A stretch of DNA of 64,000 nucleotides from Octopus sinensis (taxonomy: Eukaryota), in the NCBI RefSeq assembly GCF_006345805.1, contig NC_043016.1:12090001-12154000 (forward strand), in the 5' to 3' direction. Under the pieces are notes generated by a model, which was given only the letters and a program-made list of their open reading frames with translations, was not told the DNA's origin and made no database searches. Shown one piece after another: positions 43,117-56,236 of this stretch. The translations under genes and the position numbers were made by a program. Within the stretch, counting starts at the first letter, position 1. Each line of letters starts with the position of its first letter.

Positions 43117-44017
43117 TGCCAAAAGATGCTTTGTTTTTTAATCTCCATTTCACTTATTTCTATTACAATACATTTTGGTAGTTGTTGTAGTATGCTACAC
43201 ATCCACAGGCATAGGAGTGGCTGAGTGGTAAGTAGCTTGCTTACGAACCACATGTGAGTGGATTTGGTAGACAGAAACTAAAAGAAGCCTGTCGTATATA
43301 TGTATATATATATATGTGTGTGTGCATGTTTGTGTGTTGTGTTTGCCCCCTCCCCCAACATCACTTGACAACCGATGCTGGTGTGTTTACATCCCCGTAA
43401 CTTAGCGGTTCGGCAAAAGAGACCGATAGAATAAGTACTAGGCTTACAAAGAAAAAGTCCTGGGGTCGATTTCCTCGACTAAAGGCGGTGCTCCATCATG
43501 GCCACAGTCAAATGACTGAAACAAGTAAATGAGTAAATGAATATATATATATATAAAAATATACACACATCAAAATAACAGGCTGATTCTTTGATTTCTT
43601 TAAAACTTTCTTTCACAGGTATCATCCTTAATAGAATATTCTCCATATCCCCTTACTGTTTATTTCTCACTCAGATATAATTTTTTTTGTTTATTTTTTT
43701 TCTTTTCCCAATGCCAGTCAGGTGGTACTGTATTTGCTGGTCTAGAAGATGCATTCTTGTATAAAACAAATTCGTTTTTGTGGGGGGAAAAAAATATTTA
43801 ATGTTTTATCATAGACTCAGTATCCCATTTGTAACATGGCTGCATTAAATGCATAGCATTTTTTGGTGGGGTGGGGGGTGGAAATCCATGCTGCCATCTC
43901 TTCAGTTATCCGGCCATCGGAAAAAATGCTTACTTGTTTCAGTCATTTGACTGTAGCCATGCTGGAGCATCACCTTTAGTCAAGCAAAACAAAATGAGCA
44001 TTTTTTTCCGATGGCCG

Positions 44018-44078
44018 GATAACTGAAGAGATGGCGGTGTGGATTTCTGCCCCGACATCCGAAACTCTGAGTTTTATC
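44018..44078 (+). ncRNA. Type I hammerhead ribozyme motif with minimal palindromic stem III
   Basis: Stem I GATAA/TTATC, core CTGAAGA, stem II GATG..CATC, GAAA, stem III ACTC-T-GAGT, GTT triplet. Confidence 0.68.
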
Positions 44079-44949
44079 ATGTCTACCGAATAATTGTCAC
44101 ATATTACATTTACAGATAAATTCCTCTATTTACATAATATCGAGGTCTCTTTCTTTCTTCTGTTGTCTTACCATTTTTATCAATATATATATATATTTTT
44201 TTTCAGACATATTTCTTTGTATCGTTTTAAATATATTTTTTTTCCTTTCTCCTAATAATTTCAGTTTATTTACCATTCAGTCTGCACATCTCAATCTTTT
44301 CTGTTATTGTACACATCTCAGTCTTTTATTTTCTGTCCTTGTTCATCTGCCATGTCCAATTGTTTACACTCGAGTTATGTTGCTGACACTGCAAAATTGA
44401 ACAATATTGTCAGAAACTTTTGAAATTTTGACGAGATTTTCTCAACAAGGAGTTGAACTTGTCTGCATCTTTTTGGATTTTTAAAAAATTCTTTTCTGAT
44501 TTTCTACATAAATATTTTTTGTTCTCCTGTGACATTTTACTATTTTTACACACACAAAAAGGAAACTGTTAAATCAACAAATGCTTACCTAAAAGCTCGA
44601 CAGATATTTAAGCTGACACTTGTTAGAAAAAACTGGAAGAACTTCTTGTAACCTTGATAGATTGAAGAAATTTGAAATAAATAAATAGCATTTGAAGAAA
44701 TTTGAAATAGATAGCATTTGTTGTAGGAAAATGGTCATTGCTGTTGTTGCTAAAATTACAGAACATCAGCAATATAAGATTTGGTCATACAATTAAATTA
44801 AGATCGATACTGGTCCGTCTAAATGAAGAATCGATAAATTAAAAATAGTAGCAGAAAGCCGGTTTTAAATTTTATTTAAACTACATATTGAAATAACCCT
44901 AATCCTTTAATAAGATGTTCTCTGTTCAATACACAATGATCCTCAGCTC

Positions 44950-45240
44950 CACTAGAAATGCATTGAATTTTGAAATTATACCAAGTTTTGAGACTTGTCC
45001 ATCCATCTTCTGTACCATTCCTAGGAGGGTTGTAAGGGTAGTGTCCGAAGGCACCTCATCCATAGGATCTTGTAAGATGCAAACATTATTACTGTAACCT
45101 CTCAATATAAATAAGTAGTGGCCCAACCTGGAGCAACTCTTTTATCTTAGAGTAATACATCCTGTTGAGCAACATTACTCCAGATTCCTTCAGAGGAACC
45201 GTTTTGGCGATTTGTATTCACAATCATACGTGACCATAGG
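44950..45240 (-). mobile_element. Possible very old RTE (Rex3/Expander-like) ORF relic
   Basis: KIKELLQVGPLLIYIERLQ resembles the RTE IRExLxVxPLLLxIER motif; multiple stops. Confidence 0.35.
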
Positions 45241-45351
45241 TGAGGATAGAAATGAAAGCTGAATTGAAGATAGTGAGTTTTGCTTTTTTTTTCCCCTTTA
45301 CTAACCTCTCCACATCTGAGAATCAAATGCTGGGCTAGCACATTACTTTGT

Positions 45352-45640
45352 GGAGGCACATGGCCTAGTGGTTAGAGCAGCGGACTTGCGGTCGAGGGAT
45401 CAAAGCTCAAACCAGGCAATGTGTGTGTTTATAAGCAAAACACCTTAGCTCCATGTGGCTCCAGCAGAAGATAACTTCTGCTGACTCTTTTGCCACAACT
45501 TTCTCTCACTCTCTCCTCCTGCATCAAGCAGCTCACCTGTGATGGACTGGCATCCTGTCCAGGTGGGGGGAACCTATACGCCAATGAAACTGGGAAACCG
45601 GCCTTATGAGCCAAATATGGTTCGAAAAGGAACAAGCAAC
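45352..45640 (+). mobile_element. tRNA-Arg-like-headed SINE with a V-SINE-like central motif; older copies at 4985-5462(-)
   Basis: Head GGAGGCACATGGCCTAGTGGTTAGAGC, GATGGACTGGCATCCTGTCCAG motif, TSD ACATTACTTTG. Confidence 0.75.
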
Positions 45641-47405
45641 ATTACTTTGCCAGCCCCTGCAATCCAAGCCTCCTGCTTCCCATCACTTGTCAATAGTCCC
45701 AAGACATTTCAACAAGTAAGTTGCAAAAGTTCACGATAATACTGAAGTAGCAAGTGAAATCACCAATTAATAATCTTTTAAATCATTCAATGGTTAAAAC
45801 CCTGTTGAAATTTCATGCTTTACTTTACATGCACCGTATGTGTTGAATTTGTTTATTTTGCCATAAGTAAAATTTCCATAGTTTTAATCTTTGTGCAGAT
45901 CTATATAAAACAAGCAACATCAACTATTTAATGTTTTTCTAATTTTATTTGATGGACTAATAATTTTAAGATTTGGTGTTGAAAGTTTATCATTTCTATT
46001 AATTAGGCTTGGCTTGGCTACATCGTTAAAAAACTTGCTTTCCAGTCATATGATTGTGAATCACTTTGGGCAAACATCTATTACAGCTCTAGTCTGGTGA
46101 AAGCCTTGTGAGTAGATTTGATAGACAAGAAATGAAAGAAGCCCATTGTATGTATGTACCTTCACTGCTTGACATCATCGTCATACAAATGAGGCTCATT
46201 TCCAGTCTTTCTATGAAAACATGTCTAACTATGGCTATGGGAAAGCATTACTGTTTGGAGAGTTGGTGACAGGAAGAGCATCCGGCCATAGAAAATCTGC
46301 CACCACCAATTTCATTTGATTCATGCAAAAAAAAAAAAAAAAATTAATAGTGTTCATGATAATATTTCAAGAATTCTTTGCGACTGACCAGTTACAAGAC
46401 AAACAACTGGGCATTATTATAAATAATTCATTCTGGTGATAAGAGAGTACCATTTTGAAATGGTAATTAGAGCCGGCACACTGTTTCTGATAATATATGT
46501 TCCAGTTGATCTGGTCAACTTAACAGCCTGCTCATAAAACTAGGATGCAGGTAGCCGAACACTTCACAGATGCAAGTACCTATAAGGTAGTTCTCTGGGA
46601 GATTCAGCACGACACAGGTGACAAGGCTGGCTCTGTTGAATTACAGGTACAACTCGTATCTGCCAGGTGAGTGGACTGGCGCAACATAAAATAAAGTACT
46701 TGCTCAAAGACAACATGCTGCCAGGAATTAAACTCACAATCTTACAATTGCGAGCCAAATACCTTGACCCCTAAGCCACGCACCTTCATGTAATTGGTAT
46801 GCTTGAAAAGACCTGTCGAGTCAAGTGAAATCATTGTCATGGCCGATGCCAGTACCACCAGAGTGGCACATAAAAAGCACCATTCAAGCATGGTCAATGC
46901 CAGTCCCACCAGAGTGGCTCCAGTGCTGGTGGCACATAAAAAGCACCAGTTGAGCATGATCGTTGCCAGTACCGCCTGACTGGCTCCTGTGCTGGTGGCA
47001 CATAAAGAACACCATTCAAATGTGGTTGTTGCCAATGCCGCTGACATGTAAAATGCACCATTCGAGAGTGGTTGATGTCAGTACCGTCTGACTGCCCCCC
47101 CCCCATACTGGTGGCACGTAAAAAGCACACACTACATTCTTGGAGTGAGGAAGGGCATCCAGCTGTAGAAACTTTGCCGGATCAGATTGGAACCTGGTAC
47201 AGCCTCCTGGCTTGCCAGTCCTCGGTGAAGCCGTCCAACCCATGCCAGCATGGAAAGCGGACATTAAACAACAATGATGATTAACTGCTTCCAATTAAAC
47301 AGATTACGATAAAAAATATTTTAAAAAATAAATCTCTTCAAAAATATTGAACTCGAACTGTGATATGTCTTTACTGTAAAAGGATTTGATGCAAAAGTTT
47401 AGAAA

Positions 47406-47792
47406 CGCAGGAGTGGCTGTGTGGTAAGTAGCTTGCTAACCAACCACATGGTTCCGGGTTTAGTCCCACTGCGTGGCATCTTGGGCAAGTGTCTTCTGCT
47501 ATAGCCCCGGGCCGACCAATGCCTTGTGAGTGGATTTGGTAGACGGAAACTGAAAGAAGCCTGTCGCATATATGTATATATATGTGAGTGTGCGTGTGTT
47601 TGTCCCCCTAGCATTGCTTGACAACCGATGCTGGTGTGTTTACGTCCCCGTCACTTAGCGGTTCGGCAAAAGAGACCGATAGAATAAGTACTGGGCTTAC
47701 AAAAAGAATAAGTCCCGGGGTTGATTTGCTCGACTAAAGGCAGTGCTCCAGCATGGCCGCAGTCAAATGACTGAAACAAGTAAAAGAGTAAA
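47406..47792 (+). mobile_element. SINE family A (tRNA head, central domain, microsatellite, CR1-type tail), full length. Other copies include 2680-3065(-), 17380-17790(+), 19080-19455(-), 26670-27050(-), 31740-32122(-), 33130-33440(-), 34730-35075(-), 35505-35925(-), 36535-36910(-), 37580-38155(+), 43207-43540(+), 51121-51590(+), 63082-63434(-)
   Basis: A box TGGCTGTGTGGTAAG, B box GGTT(C/T)AGTCCC, tail ..CAGCATGGCCGCAGTCAAATGACTGAAACAAGTAAAAGA. Very many dispersed copies. Confidence 0.9.
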
Positions 47793-48311
47793 CTCACTTT
47801 GCATCAACATAGTTTCAAGTCCAGTGCCGCTGAGGAAAGCATTGTCAACTACAGCCCCAGGCAGACTAAAGTCTTGCGAGTGAATTTGTTAAATGAAAAA
47901 TGTATTAAACCTGTGTGTGTGTAAACATACACATTATATAATATCTCCCTCCTTCTCCGTCTGGGGTATCCTTGTATCTCTTCCTAACAGCAAAGACATA
48001 TCTATTCCTCTTATCTCTTTAACCTCTCACGAATAGGTACAAAAACCACCTCCCTCAGTTGAGGGGACTGTCTTACAAGCTGCCTAATGATCCCTCCATA
48101 TGAAAAGTACCCAGTTACAATCTATAAAGTGATTGGTGTGAAGCCCTAAAAACCATGCCAAAACAGACAACTGGAATTTGGTGCAGCTCTCTCGCTTGCT
48201 AACATGTCGAACCGTCAAATACATGCCAGTATGAAAAATAAATATCAAATGAGGATGATATATTTGCACACACACGTGTATGAATGTTGATATTTTGCTT
48301 GTTACCATTTT

Positions 48312-48752
48312 AGCCGTATGAAAGATGGCAGAATCCCCAAGGACATACTCTACAGAGAGCTTGCTAGGAGTACTAGGTCTGTGTGTAGACCGTTCTTACG
48401 CTACAAGGATGTTTGCAAAAGGGACATGAAGGCCTGCAACATCAATATTAGCGGTTGGGAGGCAGTTGCCGTGGAGATTGGCGACGTACTGTAAAAGAGG
48501 GAATACAAAGAAGAGAGAGAGAGAGAGAGAGGAGAAATGGAAAGACAAGAAAAGACGTCAACAAGAAACTATGGCATTACAACCAGCCAGGAACAGTCTT
48601 CGCTACATTTGCGGCACCAGATGGAGTGTTTATCCAGGATAGGACTACACAGCCACAGCAGGAGATGTATCAGGACATGAAATGTAAAAGCTGGACTGGA
48701 CTATTTTATGCGCAACTCCATTGTCTCCTGAGACGAAAAGGATGCCAACAAC
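48312..48752 (+). mobile_element. RTE (BovB-like) LINE 3' fragment
   Basis: RMKDGRIPKDILYRELA..RPFLRYKDVCKRDMKAC and a 3' hairpin GTCTC-CT-GAGAC. Confidence 0.8.
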
Positions 48753-48764
48753 CATTTTAATAAA

Positions 48765-50339
48765 GCCATGTTGAGGCAAGTGAAAATCAAATCAAATCAA
48801 AACAAATCAAAATAGATGAACATCAGTGGAATTGTATTCTTTGTGGTACCAGTGCCGGTGGCACACAAGAAAACCACCCAAACGTGGCCGTAACCAGTAC
48901 CGCATCGACTGGCCTCCGTGCTGTGGGCACAACACACACCATCCGATCGTGGCCGTTCGCCAGCCTCATCTGGCACCTGTGCCGGTGGCACATAAAGACA
49001 CCATCCGAAGACCCGGCGACGTAGTCAGTCCACACTGTGCATACCTTCCCTCTTATGACACTTGTGAAGACCTGTTGAGGCAAGTGTGTGACACTTGTGA
49101 AGACCTGTTGAGGCAGAGGCAAGTGTGTGACACTTGTGGAGACCTGTTGAGGCAAGGTGTGACCCTTGTTAAGACCTGTTGAGGCAAGTGAAAATCAAAA
49201 TCAAACCAAATCAAAATAGATAATATCAATGGAATTTGTATCTTTGTGGTTCCAGTACCGGTGGCACACAAGAAAACCATCCGAACGTGGCCGTCGACTG
49301 GCCTCCATGCTGTGGGCACAACAAACACCATCTGATCGTGGCCGTTCGCCCGCCTCACCTGGCACCTGTGTCGGTGGCACATAAAAACACCATCCAAGAC
49401 CACGGCGACGTAGTCAGTCCACCTGTGCATACCTTCCCTCTTATGACACTTGTGAAGACCTGTTGAGGCAGAGGCAATGTGTGACACTTTGTGAAGACCT
49501 GTTGATGCAGAGGCAAGTGTGTCACACTTGTGGAGACCTGTTGAGGCAAGTGTGTGACACGCGTGACACTTGTGAAGACCTGTTGAGGCAAGTGAAATCA
49601 AACCAAATCAAAATAGATGAACATCAATGGAATTTGTATCTTTGTGGTTCCTACCGGTGGCACACAAGAAAACCATCCGATCGTGGCCGTTCGCCAGCCA
49701 CATCTGGCACCTGTGTCGGTGGCACATAAGACACCATCCGAAGACCCGGCGAAGTAGACAGTCCACCTATGCATACCTTCCTTCTTGTGACACTTGTGAA
49801 GACCTGTTGAGGCAAGTGAAAATCAATCAAATCAAATCAAATCAAAACAAATCAAAATAGATGAACATAAATGGAATTTGTATCTTTGTGGTACCAGTGC
49901 CGTGGCACACAAGAAAATCATCCGAACGTGGCCGTAGCCAGTACCGCATAGACTGGCCTCCGTGCTTTGGGGACGTAACAACACCATCCGATCGTGGCCG
50001 TCCGCCAGCCTCATCTGGCACCTGTGTCGGTGGCACATAAAAACACCATCCGAGCGTTGCCGTCTGCCAGCCTCGCCTGGCACCTGTGTCGGTGGCACAT
50101 AAAAACACCATCCGAGCGTGGCTGTCGCCAGCCTCGTCTGGCACCTGTGTCGGTGGCAATAAAATCACCCACTACACTCTCGGAGTGGTTGGCGTTAGGA
50201 GGGCATCCAGCTGTAGAAACACTGCCAGATCTGACTGGCCTGGTGCAGCCTTCGGGCTCCCCAGACCCCAGTTGAACCGTCCAACCCATGCTAGCATGGA
50301 AAGCGGACGATAAATGATGATGATGATGATGATGATGAT
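48765..50339 (+). repeat. Higher-order tandem array forming the 5' extension of a family C element
   Basis: Four blocks beginning GAGGCAAGTGAAA(A)TCAA at about 48773, 49181, 49585 and 49809, with ~30-bp and ~57-bp subrepeats. Confidence 0.85.
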
Positions 50340-50694
50340 TGCTGACGACACTTGTTGATATTACAACCAGTCAGCCTGGTGCTTTTGAGGACCTTGTGGA
50401 ATACAAAAATCCATTTCCTTATAAACAAGCAAGGGTTGGCCAAAGAAAAAAACTTCTGGCCTCAAAATCAATTCCTGGTATAAACCAGCGCTAGCATGGC
50501 ATAGAAAAGCTAATATTGAAACAAGATTTGATATATATATATATGGTGCACGCTTCTGCCTGGCCAGCTCCTGTCAAAAACAGTGCAACCAACACCAGCA
50601 TGGAAAGAGGATGTTAAACAATGATATATACATACATACACACATACATACATACATATACACACATACATATATATATACACACACACACATA

Positions 50695-50726
<32 letters not shown>

Positions 50727-51922
50727 CACACACACATACATACATATATACACACATACATATATACATACATACATATATACACACATATATATATACA
50801 CACACATATATACACACATATATATATACACACATATATATACACACATATATATATACACACATACATATATACATACATATATATATACATACATACA
50901 TACATATACACATACATACATATATATACATATACATACATACATACACATACATACATATACATATATATATACATATACATGCATATACATATATATA
51001 TATATACATATATATATATACATATATACATACATACATACACATCCTATGTGAATGCATTTTAATGAAAAGTTCTACATGGAACCAGAAAATAACTTTA
51101 CTTTTATGGAGAAAAAAAACACGAATGGTTGTGTGGTAAGAAGCTTGCTTCTTAATCACATAGTTCCAGGTTCAGTCTCACATCATGGCACCTTGGGCAA
51201 GTGTCTTCTACAATAGCTTTGGGTCAACCAAAGCCTTGTGAGTGAATCTGGCAGATGGAAGTTTAAAGAAGCCACCACTGTGTGTGTGTGTGTGTGTCCC
51301 TCTCCTCCCACCACTCGACAACCAGCATTGTCCCTGTAACTTAGCGGTTTGGCAAAAGCAACTGACAGAATAAGTATCAGGCTTAACAAAAGAGTAAGTA
51401 CTGAGGTTAATTCATTCAACTAAAAACCCTTCAAGGTGGTGCCCCAGCATGGCCACAGTCCAATGACTGAAACAAGTAAGAGATAAAAGATATACTGGGA
51501 TTGATTTGTTCAACTAAAACCCTTCAAGGTGGTGCCCCAGTATGGGCATAGTTTGACGAGTGAAACAAGTAAGAGATAAAAGATAACAAAGGCGGAATAT
51601 GATGTAGTGGAATCTGCCATTTATATTTAATTGCAATAAATTATCTTGCACACAGCATGGACTTTTCAAAAGAGTAAAAAGTACCAATCTATTCACGAGA
51701 AGATACAATCTGTTGTTGTATGCCATATGCAATATTTGCAAAACAAAACATCACATAAACATTTTAATACATTAGAACATGTGGAATATCAAAAATATCC
51801 AATAAGTTGGTAAATGTATCAAGCATTCCCTTTCTTTTTAAATAAAATTTAACATAAAAAAAAAAAAAATGAATATTCTGAAGCACTATCTTTACAGTAG
51901 TACAACTAAAACTTTATATGCA

Positions 51923-51960
51923 TTTATTATATATATATATTTATATATATGTATTTTATT
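51923..51960 (-). terminator. Candidate polyadenylation signals of ZCCHC7
   Basis: AATAAA on the minus strand at 51960-51955 and 51928-51923, about 210-250 nt after the stop. The context is AT-rich, so a chance match is possible. Confidence 0.35.
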
Positions 51961-52169
51961 CAATTATGTATCTAATGAAATTATCTTTTCTGGAAAATGA
52001 AAATGTTTAAGAACTCAATAATCTTTATATAAAATTAATACAACAACTGACTAAAATTTAAAAACTTATACTTTCATTCTTCAGAAAATATATAGTTCTA
52101 ATTCTAACAAATATTGTATTCAATTTAAAATCAAGTCCAGGAGAAATTTGTTGAAACATTTCTGAATAT

Positions 52170-52192
52170 TCACTTAGATCTGTTTTCATCAG
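52170..52192 (-). CDS. ZCCHC7: ZCCHC7 terminal coding exon (ADENRSK-stop)
   Basis: Acceptor tttccttttcag, phase 1, TGA at 52172-52170, followed by unique AT-rich 3'UTR-like sequence. Confidence 0.68.
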
Positions 52193-53428
52193 CTGAAAAG
52201 GAAAAAGAAAAAAAAAATCATACATTAATTACATAATACTTTCAAAATTTCTTTTGTGAAATTTTCCAAAGGAAATAACTTTTAAAAGTTATTCTTACAC
52301 GCAATCGCTCTTGAATTATTTTAGCTTAATGACAAAGAACCTTGGAAAAAGAATATCACCCATTTTTTCAGTTACAATGAGTGAAAAACCTTAGAAGGAA
52401 ATAGATTAGCCAAGGTTATAAGAATGCCCAGCAGCTCCATTTCATCAGTACACCAAATGCTAATAAGAGAGAATAAGTCAGAGCAAAGGAATTAACCTCT
52501 TGGCATTCAGATTATTTTCTCAAATGTAATGCTTATTTAATCAAAGTTTTGAATTAATCATCACCATTCGAGCGTGATCGTTACCAACGTTGTTTCACTG
52601 GCACCTGTGCTAGTGGTCCGTGTAAAAAGATTCGAGCGGGGTCGTTGCCAGGATCACCTGACTGGCCACCGTGCCGGTGGCACATAAAAAGCACCCACTA
52701 CACTCTCGGAGTGGTTGGCGTTAGGAAGGGCATCCAGCTGTAGAAACTGCCAAATCAAGATTGGATTCTGGTGCAGCCATCTGGTTCGCCAGCTCTCAGT
52801 CAAAATCGTCCAACCCATGCTAGCATGGAAAGCGGACGTTAAACGATGATGATGATGCATTATCTTCTGGCTTTGAAATTTTGATGATGCGATTGTTTAT
52901 TTTTAGTACGATATTGTAGGGCAGATGTGAGAGGCCAGATCCGGGCTAGATCTGGCAGGTTTAGATGCTAAAGGGTTAAAGAGAAAAAAATAAGACTAAC
53001 TTCAATCTGTATTACACAACCAAATTTTAAAATATTTCACCAAACAAACCAAGTATTCATCATCATCATCATCATCATCATTTAACGTCCGTTTTCCGCG
53101 CTAGCACGGGTTGGACGGTTCGACCGGGGTCTGAGAAGCCAGGGGCTGCTCCAGGCTCCAGTCTGATCTGGCAGAGTTACCTGAGCAAATTATTGGGTAT
53201 TCAATGTATTGACAATTTATAGATTTAACCTTTCAAATGTTTAACAGCATCGCTTACTGTCAAGCTCAATAGCTCTAATAAAGTCAGTATCTCATGAAAT
53301 ATGAAGCTACTACAAGAATAAATGACAACTGACACAGACAAGGCGGTCATTTTTGAGTAAATCACTGGCATAGAGCCAACATGCCATTACACACCATAAA
53401 TAACTTCCAAAAACTAAGCAATACTTAC

Positions 53429-53470
53429 CGAGTTTGTTTTTCCTTTTTCTGGTTTTTAATCTCTTTTTCA
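53429..53470 (-). CDS. ZCCHC7: ZCCHC7 microexon (VKKRLKTRKRKNKL), phase 1-1
   Basis: Acceptor ttttgtcttcag, donor gtaagt, 42 nt, open in frame. Confidence 0.72.
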
Positions 53471-54091
53471 CTGAAGACAAAAAATATAGAGAAACACGAA
53501 AAAAAAAAATCAATACAAATTGAATTTAATTCATGATTGTGGTTAGATTAGTGGCTCTTAACCGGGGCCCACATATGATTTTGCTGTTAAAGCTTATGAA
53601 CAATGAATAAGTTATACTTCTACAGTGCTGTAACAATTTTTAAATACAATTTGTAATATTTAATAATTATTAAGAATTTTTTTTTAATGGTTCCAGGTTC
53701 ACTTGGGCAAGTGTTTTCTACTCTAGCCTCAGGCCAACCAAAGCCTTGAGTGGATTTGGTAGACAGAAACTGAAAGAAGCCCATCGTATATATGTATATA
53801 TGTGTGTTTTGTCTGCCCACTTGGAGTGAAAACCAATGTTTGTGTGTTTATGTTGCCGTACTTAGCTTACAAAGAATAAGTCCTGGGGCCGATTTGTTTG
53901 GCCACAGTCAAATGAGTGAAACAAATAAAAGTAAAAATAAGGGTTCAGTAGAGTAAAATGGGAACTGAAGGGGTCCAAAGGCAAAAAATGTTTGAAAACC
54001 ACAGAATCAGCTCGAATTTTCAAAAACTACAAACAGCTAAATAAATAACTGACAACAGAGAAAAAAAAAAAAAAGTAGAAAGTGAACTTAC

Positions 54092-54124
54092 CTATATTAC
54101 TAATCTGTACTTTTTTTCCAATTT
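54092..54124 (-). CDS. ZCCHC7: ZCCHC7 microexon (QIGKKVQISNI), phase 1-1
   Basis: Long poly-T tract plus cag acceptor, donor gtaagt, 33 nt, open in frame. Confidence 0.7.
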   Translation of the reverse strand, partial: KLEKKYRLVI

Positions 54125-55702
54125 CTGAAAAAAAAAAAAAAAAAAAAAAAAAATATATATATACACAATCAAATAATTTGATATTAGAAAAATTATTTAA
54201 ATTTATATGCTGTTTTGGTCTTTTGATTTTACTCATCTAGAACTTTTGTTCTTTTTAGGTGCCATGTCCAGAATGTAGGACATGGGCAATCATGACCTGT
54301 CAATTTTTTTTTTTGTTTTTTCTTCCACTCACTTTGTCGAGCTTGACATCTATATCAACCTTCTTCCTCTGTTTTAAACACTCATCACATTACTAAATAC
54401 TATGGTGAGATTAAACCCTGTTACTATATTACTGTTGAAATACACTGCCTTTGCTTCAATTGATTTGAAATTAACATGAAATTTTGATGGAAGAAGGTTT
54501 TGTATTTAGATCACTTTAAAACAAGAAGTTTGTATCAGAAACAGGGGCAGTATCAGGTTGATATCAAAAAAAGGTTAAACTGTTTCAATCGGTCAAGCAA
54601 AGTTATCTATCTTGCAATAGGCATTGTGAAACAGCTACAGTAGCTTTCAATTTGTATTGCACAAGTCAAATATCCTTAATTTTATTTCTACATAAGCTTT
54701 GTAACTAATTAAATTCATGGGCGATCAATCAAACAAGGCACCTTGATTAAGAAAATTCGTTTTGTAACATGGTTCAGGTCCTACAGTACAGCACTTTGGA
54801 TAGATGTCTTCTAGAATAAACCTTAAGCTCAAGGAGACACATGCACATTCTGTGTAAGAGTAGAAATCAGAAAAAAACTGAAACTGGTACATTTAAAACA
54901 AAAAGTACCATGTGGAATTTTTCCACAAGCTGTTGGCCTTTCACTGACATTATTGCCATCAGAAATGAACCAGTGAATGACCTGTTGTTCATAATGCTTT
55001 CAAAATTAATCCATTGAACTAATTTTGTGGGTTTTATTTTTTTCAGCAAGAATTTGACATAATAGATTTATTATTCAGCCTTCTAAATTACTTACAGTAT
55101 TTTTTCCAGTGAAACCCAATAAAATAAGAAAAATTCAAAATTCCAAGAATTATGGGATCAATCCTGGCTATAAACATGGTGCTCATTATCTGAGCAAATC
55201 AACATGACATACTGGCACGTCAACTTATATTTGGCTCAGAGAAGGCGTGTGGCCTGGCGATTGGGGTGCTGTACTCAAAATCGCGAGATCATAGTTCCAA
55301 TTCATGGACCAACAGTGTGTGTTATTGAACAAAACACTTTATTTTACATTGTTGTGGTCCACTTAGACGCAAAATAGGGAACCTTGGTATGAATTCACAT
55401 ACAAGGGCGAGATAGTGACTCATGAAAAATTACCCAAATAGAGGTCTTGCTACCCATGTTCTGCATTCAGCAATTAAAAGGATGAATAGTACAACCAATA
55501 CTGTGAATCTCAACTAGTAGGAATTGGTTGTTCAACTATGGTAAAGGAATATTATGTATTCTCTCTCTCTTTCTATGCACTCACTCAATGGAACTGGGGT
55601 CATCTCAGGTTAGCAGTCCCATAGTGCATAGAGCCAACAAGGTCCACCAGTGACCTCCCATCACTCAGTAAATTCAATGCACCATTAAACACTAATACTT
55701 AC

Positions 55703-55750
55703 GGTTGTTTTTCTTCTTTTTCTTGGATATTTTCTTTTTTACTATTTTGG
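55703..55750 (-). CDS. ZCCHC7: ZCCHC7 microexon (AKIVKKKISKKKKKNN), phase 1-1
   Basis: Acceptor ttctttttcag, donor gtaagt, 48 nt, open in frame. Confidence 0.72.
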
Positions 55751-55852
55751 CTGAAAAAGAAATATAGGGAAATAAAAATAAAAAAAAAAGATAAAAAATA
55801 TTTTAATACTGGAGAAAAGTTAACAGGATAGGTCAATAAAAAATAAACTAAC

Positions 55853-55888
55853 CTTTGTCTTTAATCTTCGGTTTCTTTACTGGAATTT
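55853..55888 (-). CDS. ZCCHC7: ZCCHC7 microexon (EIPVKKPKIKDK), phase 1-1
   Basis: Acceptor attttacag, donor gttagt, 36 nt, open in the expected frame. Confidence 0.7.
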
Positions 55889-56236
55889 CTGTAAAATAAT
55901 GTAAATGCAGTTCATCATTTAATAAAAATAAAAAAAAAGAATAATTACACTTGGTTTTAAATTAGTAAAATTAAGAAACCAAACTTTTTTTTTATGTTGG
56001 TACACAGTTAAAATTTATTCTGAAAACAAGCTTGTTTCACCATCTTTTTCATGTTTGCCTTTTCATGCTTGCATGGGTCAAATGAAGTCTGAGGCAGATT
56101 TTCTATGATTGGATGCCCTTCCTGTTTGCCAACCTTCTCCTGTTTTCTACCAGAGTAATGTTATCCCATGTCAACATATCAGAAACACACCAGCATCGGA
56201 ACGAAGGTGGGGGGAACAAACACGGATACACAAATA

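Noticed and set aside
48797-50313. Cluster of overlapping Cys/His-rich ORFs
   Set aside because: Products of GC-richer tandem repeats, open on both strands.
54333-54368. Extra ZCCHC7 microexon (RKKVDIDVKLDK) with cag/gtgagt sites
   Set aside because: Open only in phase 0 while neighbours are phase 1, where it gives a stop; weak pyrimidine tract. It could be a poison exon, but RNA evidence is needed.
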